A DNA stretch of 48,487 nt from Oscillospiraceae bacterium (GTDB lineage: Bacteria > Bacillota > Clostridia > Oscillospirales > Ruminococcaceae): assembly GCA_031554355.1 (NCBI GenBank), contig JAVBVJ010000035.1, positions 1 through 48,487 on the forward strand, given 5' to 3'. Below, in pieces: positions 27,221 through 35,861 of the stretch. The translations under genes were made by a program, and so were the position numbers. Below the pieces are notes generated by a model. The model saw nothing but the letters and a program-made list of their open reading frames with translations, was not told the origin of the DNA and did not search any database. Position 1 is the first letter of the stretch. Each line of letters starts with the position of its first letter.

Positions 27221-27664
27221 GTGAAAAAAGCAGTATCATGTATTTTTGTAATTATAGCAGTCTGTGCGCTGGCGGCCGGCTGCGGCAGGACGCCGAACGG
27301 TCAGACCTCGGGCGAGCGCATCGTGATTCCTGCGGCGGAGCAGCCCTACATCCCGCTCGTGACCATCACCGAGGCGGGCGTCGATTCCACAATCCAGACC
27401 TTCGCGTTTTCGACGCAGGTGCTGACCTGGCTCCAGACCGAGACGGCGGAACAGCTTCCCTACGAGGCGACGCCCGAAACCGCGCTGGTACTGCGGATTC
27501 AGGTGACGCCGGAGGAGGAGCAGGTCTTTTACGTCTGGCAGAAGGACACCGACACGGTGTTCAGCCTGACGCCGCCGAACGCCGAGAACGTCGACGAAGA
27601 GAACACATTTATATACAAAGTCGCGGAAAACTGCTACCACAACATCCGGGATAAAATCCTTTGA
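27221..27664 (+). CDS. Putative lipoprotein, function unknown
   Basis: GTG start 8 nt after GGAGGG. The signal peptide ends in the lipobox LAAGC. Track ORF start 27131 rejected because it has no RBS. Confidence 0.6.
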   Translation: MKKAVSCIFVIIAVCALAAGCGRTPNGQTSGERIVIPAAEQPYIPLVTITEAGVDSTIQTFAFSTQVLTWLQTETAEQLPYEATPETALVLRIQVTPEEEQVFYVWQKDTDTVFSLTPPNAENVDEENTFIYKVAENCYHNIRDKIL

Positions 27665-27764
27665 CTCCGGAAGTACGCAACGGATGTAAAAGCATAAGGC
27701 ACAGCGCTCGCCCAAAACGGAGAGCGGTTCCAAACATATTTGAAAAAATAACTTTGATAAAAAC

Positions 27765-27794
27765 TTGACAAGATTTTTTTGTGAATGGTAGAAT
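27765..27794 (+). promoter_or_regulatory. Promoter of the DUF1622 gene
   Basis: TTGACA (27765-27770), 18 nt, TGgTAGAAT (extended -10, 27789-27794). Confidence 0.55.
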
Positions 27795-27828
27795 AATTTT
27801 ATCAGTTTAAACGGATGGGAGGTCTTCT

Positions 27829-28233
27829 GTGCTAGGTGCATTCTTACACAATGTTCTGCCGACACTGATCAACGCCCTTGAGATCATCGGGATTCTGGTT
27901 ATTTTAATCGGATCGCTCCAGACGCTCTACCGGTACATCGTGTCGCTGTTCAGCGACAAACACTTCAGCATCAAAAAGGATCTGCTCGACGCGTTGGCGC
28001 TCGGACTGGACTTCAAGCTCGGCGCCGAGATCTTCCGCACGGTGCTGGTCAAGGATTTCACCGAGATTCTGGTGCTGGCGTCCATCATCGCGCTGCGCGC
28101 GTTTCTGTCCTTTATGATTCGCTTTGACAAAAAGAGCGAGGTCGCCGAGGCGCGCCTCGAGCGGGAGATGCTGCTGGAGGCCGAAAAACGGGAGGCGCTG
28201 GAGCAGGAGATCTCGGCGCCCGACGCAAAATAA
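27829..28233 (+). CDS. DUF1622-like small membrane protein
   Basis: GTG start after GGGAGG. 134 aa, 3-4 TM helices plus a charged coiled C-terminus. Confidence 0.7.
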   Translation: MLGAFLHNVLPTLINALEIIGILVILIGSLQTLYRYIVSLFSDKHFSIKKDLLDALALGLDFKLGAEIFRTVLVKDFTEILVLASIIALRAFLSFMIRFDKKSEVAEARLEREMLLEAEKREALEQEISAPDAK

Positions 28234-28260
28234 GAGTTGCGGCATTCCGTCATAGACGAG

Positions 28261-28291
28261 GAGCGCGAACCTGCGGGTTTGCGTTCTTTTT
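28261..28291 (+). terminator. Intrinsic terminator
   Basis: ~11-bp stem (including G-U pairs) 28261-28286 followed by T5. Confidence 0.7.
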
Positions 28292-28388
28292 GATTGCCGC
28301 TTTCGCAGCGGAACCCGCGCGCTCAGCGCTGTGGCGGAAGTTTTAACACGCGCAAAGCAGCGGTGCAAATATCGCACTGAAAAAACGC

Positions 28389-28440
28389 TTGACAAAACCG
28401 CTAGTAAGTACTACTATATACTTGTAGCTAGTAATACTAC
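28389..28440 (+). promoter_or_regulatory. padR promoter with two tandem operator-like palindromes
   Basis: TTGACA (28389-28394), 17 nt, TACTAT. GCTAGTAAGTACTAC (28400-28414) and GCTAGTAATACTAC (28427-28440) each contain the inverted repeat TAGTA/TACTA. Confidence 0.55.
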
Positions 28441-28490
28441 ATACCGGATCAAGACCGACGGGAGGGATTCAACTGGAAAACTTAACGGAG

Positions 28491-28796
28491 ATGTTAAAAG
28501 GCGTGCTGGAGGGCTGCGTGCTCGAGATCATCGGCAAAAGCGAGACCTACGGCTACGAGATCACAAGGCAGCTGAACGCGCTGGGGTTTACCGATGTCGT
28601 GGAGGGCACCGTCTACACGATCCTGCTGCGGCTCGAGAAAAACAAGTGGGTGGCAGCCGAGCGCAAGCCGTCCGACATGGGGCCGCCGCGCAAGTTCTAC
28701 AGCTTAAGCGACGCCGGGCGCGCCGAACTGCGCGCGTTCTGGGCGCGGTGGGATTTTCTGGCCGCCAAAATAGAAGAGCTGAAGGAGAAGCGGTAA
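28491..28796 (+). CDS. PadR-family transcriptional regulator
   Basis: 101 aa with the winged-HTH signature GYEITRQL...GTVYTILLRLEKNKWV. The true start may be the in-frame CTG at 28473, 6 nt after GGAGGG. Confidence 0.85.
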   Translation: MLKGVLEGCVLEIIGKSETYGYEITRQLNALGFTDVVEGTVYTILLRLEKNKWVAAERKPSDMGPPRKFYSLSDAGRAELRAFWARWDFLAAKIEELKEKR

Positions 28797-28797
28797 T

Positions 28798-29136
28798 ATG
28801 CTATATTTCATCAAAAAAATGGTCGGGGACAAAAAAGAGTACCGAATGATGATGGCGCGCGTCAAAGCGCTGCCGGAGGACTACCAGTACGTCTTCGAGA
28901 AGATCCAGCATTACATGTGGAGCTTCGCGGCGGGAGACGGCTACGACATGCTGAAGATCCAGTACGACCTCATCGAATTGTTCGAGGAGGGTGCGGCGAA
29001 CGGCAAGAAGGTGCTGGACATCACCGGCGAGGATGTCGCGACGTTCTGCGACGGACTGCTGGCCAGCGCGAAAACCTACACCGAGGGCTGGCGCGACAAA
29101 TTGAACAAAGATATCATCAAGAAAGTCAAACACTGA
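28798..29136 (+). CDS. DUF1048-like protein (common PadR partner)
   Basis: 112 aa starting 2 nt after the padR stop. KKEYRMMMARVKALPEDYQ... resembles DUF1048 proteins. Confidence 0.7.
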   Translation: MLYFIKKMVGDKKEYRMMMARVKALPEDYQYVFEKIQHYMWSFAAGDGYDMLKIQYDLIELFEEGAANGKKVLDITGEDVATFCDGLLASAKTYTEGWRDKLNKDIIKKVKH

Positions 29137-29150
29137 AAAGACCGCATCAA

Positions 29151-29176
29151 AGGAGCCTCCCAGGGGGCTCTTTTTC
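29151..29176 (+). terminator. Intrinsic terminator
   Basis: Stem gagcc/ggctc (extendable) followed by T5. Confidence 0.6.
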
Positions 29177-29446
29177 AGTTGTCAGATCAAAGAAACAGAA
29201 CCGGTTGGGGCAGGGTTTTTGGCTCGGGATCAGGGTTTCGGGGATTCGGACGCCGACAATACAGTACGACGAATCAAACGATAATATACAAATAGTATTT
29301 AACGCGTATTGCAAAAATGCGCGAATCTGCGATCAAGAGCCGGCCCCCCGAAAATGTTGGGTTGCCCGAAAATCACAAAGTTATTGAATATATTGCACGA
29401 AAACTGTATAATTTTACTATTATGATGATTTGAAGGAGCCGGGGCT

Positions 29447-30934
29447 ATGAACGAGAAAAAGCTGACCATTTTACACAGCAACGATCTGCACGGCGATTTT
29501 CTGAGTGAAGAGGCGGGCAACAAATTGATCGGCGGCATCTCCCACCTCTCGGGGTACGTCAAGCTGGTGCGCGAGACCGTTCCGAATACGCTGTACTGCA
29601 TCGCGGGGGACATGCTGCAGGGGTCGATCATCGACAGCGAGTACAAGGGGTTGTCGACCATCGAGATCATGAACCTCCTGGCGCCCGACGTGGCGGCCAT
29701 CGGCAACCACGAGGTCGACTACGGCCTGACCCATCTGCTGTTTTTAGAGCGCTGCGCGAAGTTCCCGATCGTCAACGCGAATCTGTTCATCAACAAGCCG
29801 TACACCCGTCTGTTCAAACCGCACGTGATTCTGGAAGTCGACGGCATGAAGGTCATGTTCATCGGCATCATCACCGAGGCGGTCATGGGCTCGATCAAGC
29901 AGGACAATCTGCTGAGCAGCTTTGTCAACGTCGAGGACGCGGCGAAGGAGGTCGGCAAGATCTGCAACGCGTACCGCACCATCGACATCGATTTCACGGT
30001 GCTGCTGACCCACATCGGCTTTGAGGAGGACAAAAAGCTCGCCGCGCTGCTCGACCCCGATTGGGGCGTCGACGTGATTATCGGCGGCCACTCCCACACG
30101 ATTATGGACCAGCCCGCCGAGGTCAACGGGATCCTGATCGCGCAGGCCGGCGTCGGCACCGACCAGATCGGCCGCTTCGACCTCGTGGTCGACACCGACA
30201 ACAACTGCGTAAAAACCTTCGAATGGCACCTGATCGAGATCAACGGCAAGGACTGCCCCGTCGACGAGAACATGGCGGAGACGATCCGCGCGTTCCAGAG
30301 CGAGATCGGCGATAAGTACGGCAAGGTAATCTGCAAGTTCCCGCGCGTCCTCACCCACCCCGACCGCTACCGCGAGACCGAGCTCGGTAATTTTTTCTGC
30401 GACGTGCTGCAGGACTCGCTGAAGGTCGATGTGCTGATGCTGGGGTCGGGCTCGATCCGCAAGTACGAGAGTGGGCCGGTGGTGACCGCGCTGGATATGA
30501 AGGAGCTGATGCCGTTCGACGACAAGATTGTGCAGGTCAAGCTGACCGGCGCGCAGCTGAAAAAGCTGTATCTGCACATGCTGCGCGACGACAGCTTTAC
30601 CGGCGACCACACCGAGTTTTATCAGTTCTCAAAGGGCATGGCGGTGGTCTATGACCGCGACAGTCATTCCTTCGAGAGTTTTAACTTCAACGGAAAGCCG
30701 GTGGCGGACGACGATCTGTTCCGGGTCGCGATGCAGGCGTTCCACTCCAGCAGTTTCGAGAGCAACTTCGGGTTCCCTGTGAGCGAGGCGCAGCGCAACG
30801 GCCCCTTTGTCGTGCTGTCGACGTCGCTGCTCGACGTATTGCACGAGTGCCTTCCCGCGCTGAAGACGGCCGATGCCAGGGTGGACGGCCGCCTCGTCAT
30901 CAAGCCGGAGCCGCGCCCGATTGAGAAGCATTAA
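29447..30934 (+). CDS. Bifunctional metallophosphatase / 5'-nucleotidase (UshA/YfkN-like, cytoplasmic form)
   Basis: Metallophosphatase motifs HSNDLHG, GDMLQG and GNHEVDYG, a C-terminal 5'-nucleotidase domain and no signal peptide. GAAGGAG RBS. Confidence 0.85.
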   Translation: MNEKKLTILHSNDLHGDFLSEEAGNKLIGGISHLSGYVKLVRETVPNTLYCIAGDMLQGSIIDSEYKGLSTIEIMNLLAPDVAAIGNHEVDYGLTHLLFLERCAKFPIVNANLFINKPYTRLFKPHVILEVDGMKVMFIGIITEAVMGSIKQDNLLSSFVNVEDAAKEVGKICNAYRTIDIDFTVLLTHIGFEEDKKLAALLDPDWGVDVIIGGHSHTIMDQPAEVNGILIAQAGVGTDQIGRFDLVVDTDNNCVKTFEWHLIEINGKDCPVDENMAETIRAFQSEIGDKYGKVICKFPRVLTHPDRYRETELGNFFCDVLQDSLKVDVLMLGSGSIRKYESGPVVTALDMKELMPFDDKIVQVKLTGAQLKKLYLHMLRDDSFTGDHTEFYQFSKGMAVVYDRDSHSFESFNFNGKPVADDDLFRVAMQAFHSSSFESNFGFPVSEAQRNGPFVVLSTSLLDVLHECLPALKTADARVDGRLVIKPEPRPIEKH

Positions 30935-30961
30935 ACGGATTCGCATCACAATAACCATAGC

Positions 30962-30998
30962 GGAACCCCCGGCCTTTCGACCGGGGGTTCGTTTGTCG
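30962..30998 (+). terminator. Intrinsic terminator
   Basis: 10-bp stem gaacccccgg/ccgggggttc followed by a T-rich tail. Confidence 0.7.
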
Positions 30999-31044
30999 AT
31001 TGTTCGGTGCGCGAACGGACGCGGTGCCCGAAAATCAATGCCGC

Positions 31045-31815
31045 CTAAAAGGACTCGATATGTTTGTCGAACGGCCCCATCACCGAGCAGATAAACTGGT
31101 TGCGGTTTTCGACGTGAACCTGATTCGCGAGACTGCCGGCGTCGGTGCCGAGGTTGATGCCCTCCTTGGTCAGCCGCAGACCGAAATCCGATTTCGAGAG
31201 CATCATGTCCGCGTACTCGACGGCGGTCGGGATCAGCTCGTCGAACGGAACGATCCGCGAGACAAGGCCCGCGCGCTCGGCCTCCTCCGCGAGCACGGGG
31301 CGGCCCGTCAGCATATAGTCGCTCGCGCGGGACATGCCGACCAGACGCGGCAGGAAGTAGCTCGAGCCCATGTCGCAGGCGGACAGCCCGATGTTGGCGT
31401 AGGACAGAATAAACTTGCTCTTGGGCTCGCAGATGCGGATGTCGCTGGCCATCGCAAAGCTCATGCCGCCGCCCGCCGCCGCGCCGTTCACCGCGCAGAT
31501 GATGGGCTGGGGAATGGCACGCATCATCTGGTAGACGTCCGAGAGGTATTTCTGGATGTACCAGATCTCCTCGGTGTGGTTTTCCTGCTTCTCGAAGTCC
31601 TTCATCTCCTGCAGGTCGAGTCCGGCGCAGAAACAGCGCCCCGCGCCGGTCATGATCAGGACGCGGCAGTCGCGGTCCTTGTGGAGCGCGGTGAACAGCG
31701 CGCGCAGTTCGTCGACCATCTTGAACGAGATCGCGTTGAGGCGCTCGGGGTTGTTCAGCGTGATCATCCGAAGGCCGGGCTTGATGTCGGACAACTGAAA
31801 TGTGGTGTACTCCAT
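31045..31815 (-). CDS. Enoyl-CoA hydratase/isomerase (crotonase) family protein
   Basis: 256 aa from the ATG at 31813-31815 (MEYTTFQLSD...). GAGRCFCAGLDL oxyanion-hole motif. The track ORF's N-terminal extension is rejected. Confidence 0.85.
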   Translation of the reverse strand: MEYTTFQLSDIKPGLRMITLNNPERLNAISFKMVDELRALFTALHKDRDCRVLIMTGAGRCFCAGLDLQEMKDFEKQENHTEEIWYIQKYLSDVYQMMRAIPQPIICAVNGAAAGGGMSFAMASDIRICEPKSKFILSYANIGLSACDMGSSYFLPRLVGMSRASDYMLTGRPVLAEEAERAGLVSRIVPFDELIPTAVEYADMMLSKSDFGLRLTKEGINLGTDAGSLANQVHVENRNQFICSVMGPFDKHIESF

Positions 31816-32032
31816 GATTCTCTCCTCGATTCGTTTGGAACTGTATTTGCGGAATTGTAGTGACAAAAAAATTCTAACACAGCCCGCCGACAAAAGAAAG
31901 CGCCGGTTTCCCGCGGGAAGGCAGATCTGCGCTATACAAAATAAACCGCGCCGACCCGTAGACAAATCGGGGCACTCGCGGTATAATGATTGCACACAAT
32001 TTAATTGCGAGAAATCGAAAGGGCTTGAAACC

Positions 32033-32575
32033 ATGTCATTCTACGACTATTCCTACACCTCGATCGAGGGCAAAGAAGTACCGATGTCCGACTACAGGGG
32101 CAAGGCGGTTTTAATCGTGAACACCGCCAGCAAATGCGGGTTTACGCCGCAGTATAAGGGGCTCGAGGAGCTCTACAAGCAGTACGGGGAGCGCGGTTTT
32201 ACGATCATCGGGTTTCCGTGCAACCAGTTCGGCGGGCAGGAGCCGGGCGCCGAGACCGAGATCGAGGAGTTCTGCTCGCTGCGCTATGGCGTAACGTTTC
32301 CGCTGTCCCGGAAAGTGGACGTCCGCGGCGACGACTGTATCCCGCTTTACCGGTATCTGACGGAGCAGAAGGGATTTACGGGGTTCGGCAAGGGCATCAA
32401 GGCGAAGAGCATGGAGGTGATGCTGAAAGGGATGTACAAGAAAGAGTACGCCGACAACCAGATCAAATGGAACTTCACAAAATTCCTGATCGACCGCGAC
32501 GGGAATGTGGTGGCGCGGTTCGAGCCGACCATCGAGCCCAGGGACATCGCCGCCGACATCGAGAAGGTGCTTTGA
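32033..32575 (+). CDS. Glutathione peroxidase (Cys-type)
   Basis: 180 aa from the ATG at 32033. NTASKCGFT (catalytic Cys, not Sec), FPCNQFGGQEPG and WNFTKFL motifs. Confidence 0.9.
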   Translation: MSFYDYSYTSIEGKEVPMSDYRGKAVLIVNTASKCGFTPQYKGLEELYKQYGERGFTIIGFPCNQFGGQEPGAETEIEEFCSLRYGVTFPLSRKVDVRGDDCIPLYRYLTEQKGFTGFGKGIKAKSMEVMLKGMYKKEYADNQIKWNFTKFLIDRDGNVVARFEPTIEPRDIAADIEKVL

Positions 32576-33018
32576 TGGACGACCGGATCCTGAAGCTGGA
32601 AAATCAGCTGTGTTTTCCGCTCTACGCCGCCGCCAAAGAGGTGGTGGCGCGGTACCGGCCTTTTCTGGAGGAGATCGACCTCACCTACACACAGTACATC
32701 GCGATGATGGTGCTGTGGGACGTCAAGACCATCAGCGTTGGCGAGCTCGGCCGGTATCTGTACCTCGATTCCGGGACGCTGACGCCGCTGCTCAAGCGGC
32801 TGGAAAGCAAGGGTTTCGTGCAGCGCGCGCGCTCCGGCGCCGACGAGCGGCTGGTCAGCATCACAATCACCGCGGCGGGCGAGGCGCTGAAAGAGCAGGC
32901 CGCGCAGGTGCCGATGAAGATGGCGGGGTGCATCGCGCTCGAGCAAAAGGACGCGATGGATCTGTACCGGCTGCTGTACAAACTATTGGACGGTCTCTGT
33001 AAAGGGGGCGCGCAGTGA
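32575..33018 (+). CDS. ohrR: MarR-family regulator, OhrR-like (organic hydroperoxide sensor type)
   Basis: The ATG overlaps the gpx stop (TGATG). An N-terminal LENQLCFPLY carries the sensing-Cys context of OhrR, followed by a MarR winged HTH. Confidence 0.7.
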   Translation: MDDRILKLENQLCFPLYAAAKEVVARYRPFLEEIDLTYTQYIAMMVLWDVKTISVGELGRYLYLDSGTLTPLLKRLESKGFVQRARSGADERLVSITITAAGEALKEQAAQVPMKMAGCIALEQKDAMDLYRLLYKLLDGLCKGGAQ

Positions 33019-34085
33019 TGGCAACGGCCACCTATCAGAACTTGTTTTCGGGGAAAGTGGACGTGTCGCTCAAGACGGCGGCGAGCATCTTTGCGGCGTA
33101 CCCGAAATCCGCGTGCGCGTTCGCGAATATCTCGAAACATACCAAAGAGGCGGAAAAAAGGCGCTACCAACAGGGGCAGGACGTGCCGGTGCCGCCGCTG
33201 ATGATCATCAGCACCACGGACAGCTGCAACCTCGTGTGCGCGGGCTGTTACGCCTGCGCCAAAAAGAAGAGCGGCGAGGAGATGCCCCCGCAGCGCATCG
33301 TCGAACTGATGGACGAGGCGTCGGCGCTGGGCGTCAGCATCGTGATGCTGGCCGGCGGCGAACCGCTGCTCAGCCGCGACTGGCTGGACGCGCTGGGCGC
33401 GCACGAGGAGCTGGCGGGCGTGGTATTCACGAACGGAACGTTGTTCGACGCGGACCGCCGCGCGTGGTTCGCCGGGCACCGGAACATCATCCCCGCGCTC
33501 AGCGTCGAGGGTGACGAGCGGCAGACCGACGCGCGGCGCGGCCACGGTGTCTACGCGAAAGTGCTCGCGGCGATGGACGACCTGAAAGCGGACGGCGTCC
33601 CGTTCGGCATCTCGGTGACCGCGACGTCGCAAAATCTGGGCGACGTATTGGACCCCGCGTTTATCGAGCGGTTTTTGCAGAAAGGTTGCCGCCTGTTTAT
33701 CTTCGTCGAGTATGTGCCCGTCGAGCCCGGCACCGAGCCGATGGTGCTGTCGAAGGTGGAGAAGCGGACGCTGCGGGAATCGGCGGCGGCGTTCTCCGCG
33801 CGGTATCCGGCGCTGTTCATTCCGTTCCCCGGCGACGAGGAGCAGTACGGCGGCTGTCTAGCCGCGGGCCGCGGCTTTGTCCACGTCAGCACCGGCGGCG
33901 ACGTCGAGCCCTGCCCCTTCGCGCCGTTCTCGGACCGCAACCTCAAGACGGCGACGCTGAAAGAGGCGCTGGCCTCCAAGACGCTGTCCGCCGTGCGCGA
34001 GAACCACCACCTGCTCAAGGAGGGCGAGGGCGGCTGCGCGCTCTGGCACAACCGCGAACTGGTGCAGCAGATGATCGGGGAATAA
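33015..34085 (+). CDS. Radical SAM protein of unknown function
   Basis: CNLVCAGC (CxxxCxxC) cluster motif and a GGEPLL SAM-binding motif. A C-terminal Cys-containing segment GGCLAAG...GDVEPCPF suggests an auxiliary cluster. The GTG/ATG start overlaps the ohrR stop. Confidence 0.85.
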   Translation: MMATATYQNLFSGKVDVSLKTAASIFAAYPKSACAFANISKHTKEAEKRRYQQGQDVPVPPLMIISTTDSCNLVCAGCYACAKKKSGEEMPPQRIVELMDEASALGVSIVMLAGGEPLLSRDWLDALGAHEELAGVVFTNGTLFDADRRAWFAGHRNIIPALSVEGDERQTDARRGHGVYAKVLAAMDDLKADGVPFGISVTATSQNLGDVLDPAFIERFLQKGCRLFIFVEYVPVEPGTEPMVLSKVEKRTLRESAAAFSARYPALFIPFPGDEEQYGGCLAAGRGFVHVSTGGDVEPCPFAPFSDRNLKTATLKEALASKTLSAVRENHHLLKEGEGGCALWHNRELVQQMIGE

Positions 34086-34218
34086 TTTCCGTTGACAGTT
34101 ACCGGCTGTCGGAACCGGTTCAAAGAATGCCGCGCATCGCGCGGCATTCTGGATATAAGGGCGAGAGAAAGGCGGAAATCTGTCATTGCGAGCGCATCGC
34201 CGTGCGCAGTATCTGCAC

Positions 34219-34248
34219 AAAAAAACGACCTTCGAGGTCGTTTTTTTA
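34219..34248. terminator. Bidirectional intrinsic terminator
   Basis: Stem acgacc/ggtcgt flanked by A7 and T7 runs, between convergent genes. Confidence 0.8.
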
Positions 34249-34310
34249 TAGGATCGCTTGAAGCGCGGTACAAAACCGTGTCCGAAAACGCGCTGTCAGG
34301 ATATTGTCCG

Positions 34311-34748
34311 TCACGGAAGCCGCGACACCAGATAATTGCTGATCAGCGGGGTCACAATCGTGACGAGAACAGCGAGCACGAGCACGATCCAGAACAGGAC
34401 TTTGAGGATGACTCTGCCGGCTTTGTTTCGGATGGCGTTGGAAAAGCGGATCCCCGCGACAGAAAGACCGGTGACGCAGACGGTCACCATCATGATGGCC
34501 GCGACGATATAGTTCAGCGACACACTCAGATATCCCATAATAAAAGGAAGCAGCGGCACCAGTCCGACAAAGGAGATGATGGCGAAGCCGACGAGCAGCA
34601 GCCGCCGCGCGGATTTATTTTTAACAAAGAGCGCGCTCGAAGCACCGCCGATCAGGCTGGCCACCACGATCACGGCAACGAACAATAGCATCGTCATTAT
34701 CGCGACAACTAAAATTAGCGCGGGAAGAACAAGAACAACATGAAACAT
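34311..34748 (-). CDS. Small 4-TM membrane protein, function unknown
   Basis: Preferred start is the ATG at 34746-34748 (MFHVVLVLPAL..., AGAGGAG RBS 7 nt upstream). The track start at 34778 is possible but has no RBS. Confidence 0.6.
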   Translation of the reverse strand: MFHVVLVLPALILVVAIMTMLLFVAVIVVASLIGGASSALFVKNKSARRLLLVGFAIISFVGLVPLLPFIMGYLSVSLNYIVAAIMMVTVCVTGLSVAGIRFSNAIRNKAGRVILKVLFWIVLVLAVLVTIVTPLISNYLVSRLP

Positions 34749-34787
34749 AGAAGGGCTCCTCTTTAACAAGTTTTCCATAGTATACCA
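34711..34787. repeat. Direct repeat DR-L (covers the RBS and first ~12 codons of the 34311-34748 gene)
   Basis: A 31-nt perfect core, agcgcgggaagaacaagaacaacatgaaaca (34717-34747), equals 37415-37445. Flanking imperfect homology brings the total to about 77 bp. Confidence 0.85.
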
Positions 34788-35313
34788 TGTTCGAAAGGAA
34801 GAGCAAACAGTCGAGAATCAGTAACGGCTTGAACGAACAACTGTTTTCCACAACCGCGGCGAAGTTTTTACACAAGGGCGTTTTTCCGATCATTATGAGA
34901 AAAACGCCCGTATCCTCCTCAGTGGATACGAAGCGCCTGCGTGCCCTCGCGGGTTCGAGTCCCAAGCCCAATAAGAACGCGGAACCGAAGCTCAGTCCGC
35001 AAAAGAAGCTAATCCTTGAACTTGCCCTTGCATCATGCTACTTTCGGTTGTTCCTTCAGTGCGTTCGTCTCTTCGCTGTCCTGAACATGCTCCAGAAACC
35101 TTCTTTGATCTGCAAACAATCAATGTGTTTAACCAATCAGTACCATTTTAATAAGTTTAGTTCAATATTGAAATTTCTAATGAATTTGAATGGACAGAGG
35201 TTTTCTACTTAAAAGATAGAAGACCTCTGCCCATCAGGAAGACGACTATTTAATAAATTTGATATGCTGACTGCGTGAATAAAAGTAATTCTTGATTTTA
35301 AAATTGGTCAGGA

Positions 35314-35739
35314 TTAACTATACGTTTTCTCAACGCTGTAAACGGTGCCGCTCTCAGTTTTACCGCAGCAATATGCGCTGTAGGTGGTTGCCACGCGGTA
35401 GGTGCCTTTTGAAATCGTGGTTGAGCCGGTTACAATAAGAGAGCTTGCTGTAAGGGTTCTGAACCATGACGCGCCCAAAACATTCTGCCAAACACCGCCT
35501 ACGTTCTTTTGAAGTGTTGATGTGACAGTAATCCGCGAAGATCCTGAATGCGTAGTAGCAATCCCTGTCGCGGTTGCGGTGTTGCCGCTTATGCTGAGAG
35601 TGCTGGATGCGGTAGCGAGACAAGTGTACCGCTGAATAACAATTACCCCTTTTGAACTCGACGATTCCAATGCGCTTACGGGCGCGGTGAAACAAAAGAG
35701 CAGGGTCAAACAAAGAATGAATACGATGATCTTTTTCAT
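35314..35739 (-). CDS. Small secreted Ser/Thr-rich protein, function unknown
   Basis: 141 aa. Signal peptide MKKIIVFILCLTLLFCFTAPVSA, then a beta-rich S/T/G-rich mature part. GGAGG RBS. Low GC. Confidence 0.65.
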   Translation of the reverse strand: MKKIIVFILCLTLLFCFTAPVSALESSSSKGVIVIQRYTCLATASSTLSISGNTATATGIATTHSGSSRITVTSTLQKNVGGVWQNVLGASWFRTLTASSLIVTGSTTISKGTYRVATTYSAYCCGKTESGTVYSVEKTYS

Positions 35740-35797
35740 GGGATTCCTCCAAATTATTTCGGAATTTACTTATATAACCCCTGAAAAAGACAAAATA

Positions 35798-35840
35798 GGT
35801 ACAAAAAAGTCGAAAGCATGAAACTTTCGACCTTTTCTAC
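35798..35840 (-). terminator. Intrinsic terminator (member of a duplicated ~43-bp element)
   Basis: On the - strand: GTAGAAAAGGTCGAAAG-loop-CTTTCGACTTTTTTGTAC. About 85 percent identical to 37152-37198. Confidence 0.7.
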
Positions 35841-35861
35841 AAAATTTGCCAAATAATTTGT

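Noticed and set aside
29207-29243. Five G-tracts (GGGG-N2-GGG-N10-GGG-N4-GGG-N4-GGGG) that could form a G-quadruplex
   Set aside because: G-runs are expected by chance in a GC-rich genome. One loop is long, and there is no positional link to a promoter or start site.
34948-34975. tRNA T-arm-like string gcgGGTTCGAGTCCCaagccca on the + strand inside the island's left part
   Set aside because: It shares 13 nt with the T arm of tRNA-Arg, but no cloverleaf can be folded (the T stem would have 3 bp and there are no acceptor or anticodon arms). Its orientation is opposite to tRNA-Arg, so it is not a simple att duplication. It is possibly a relic, but the evidence is insufficient.
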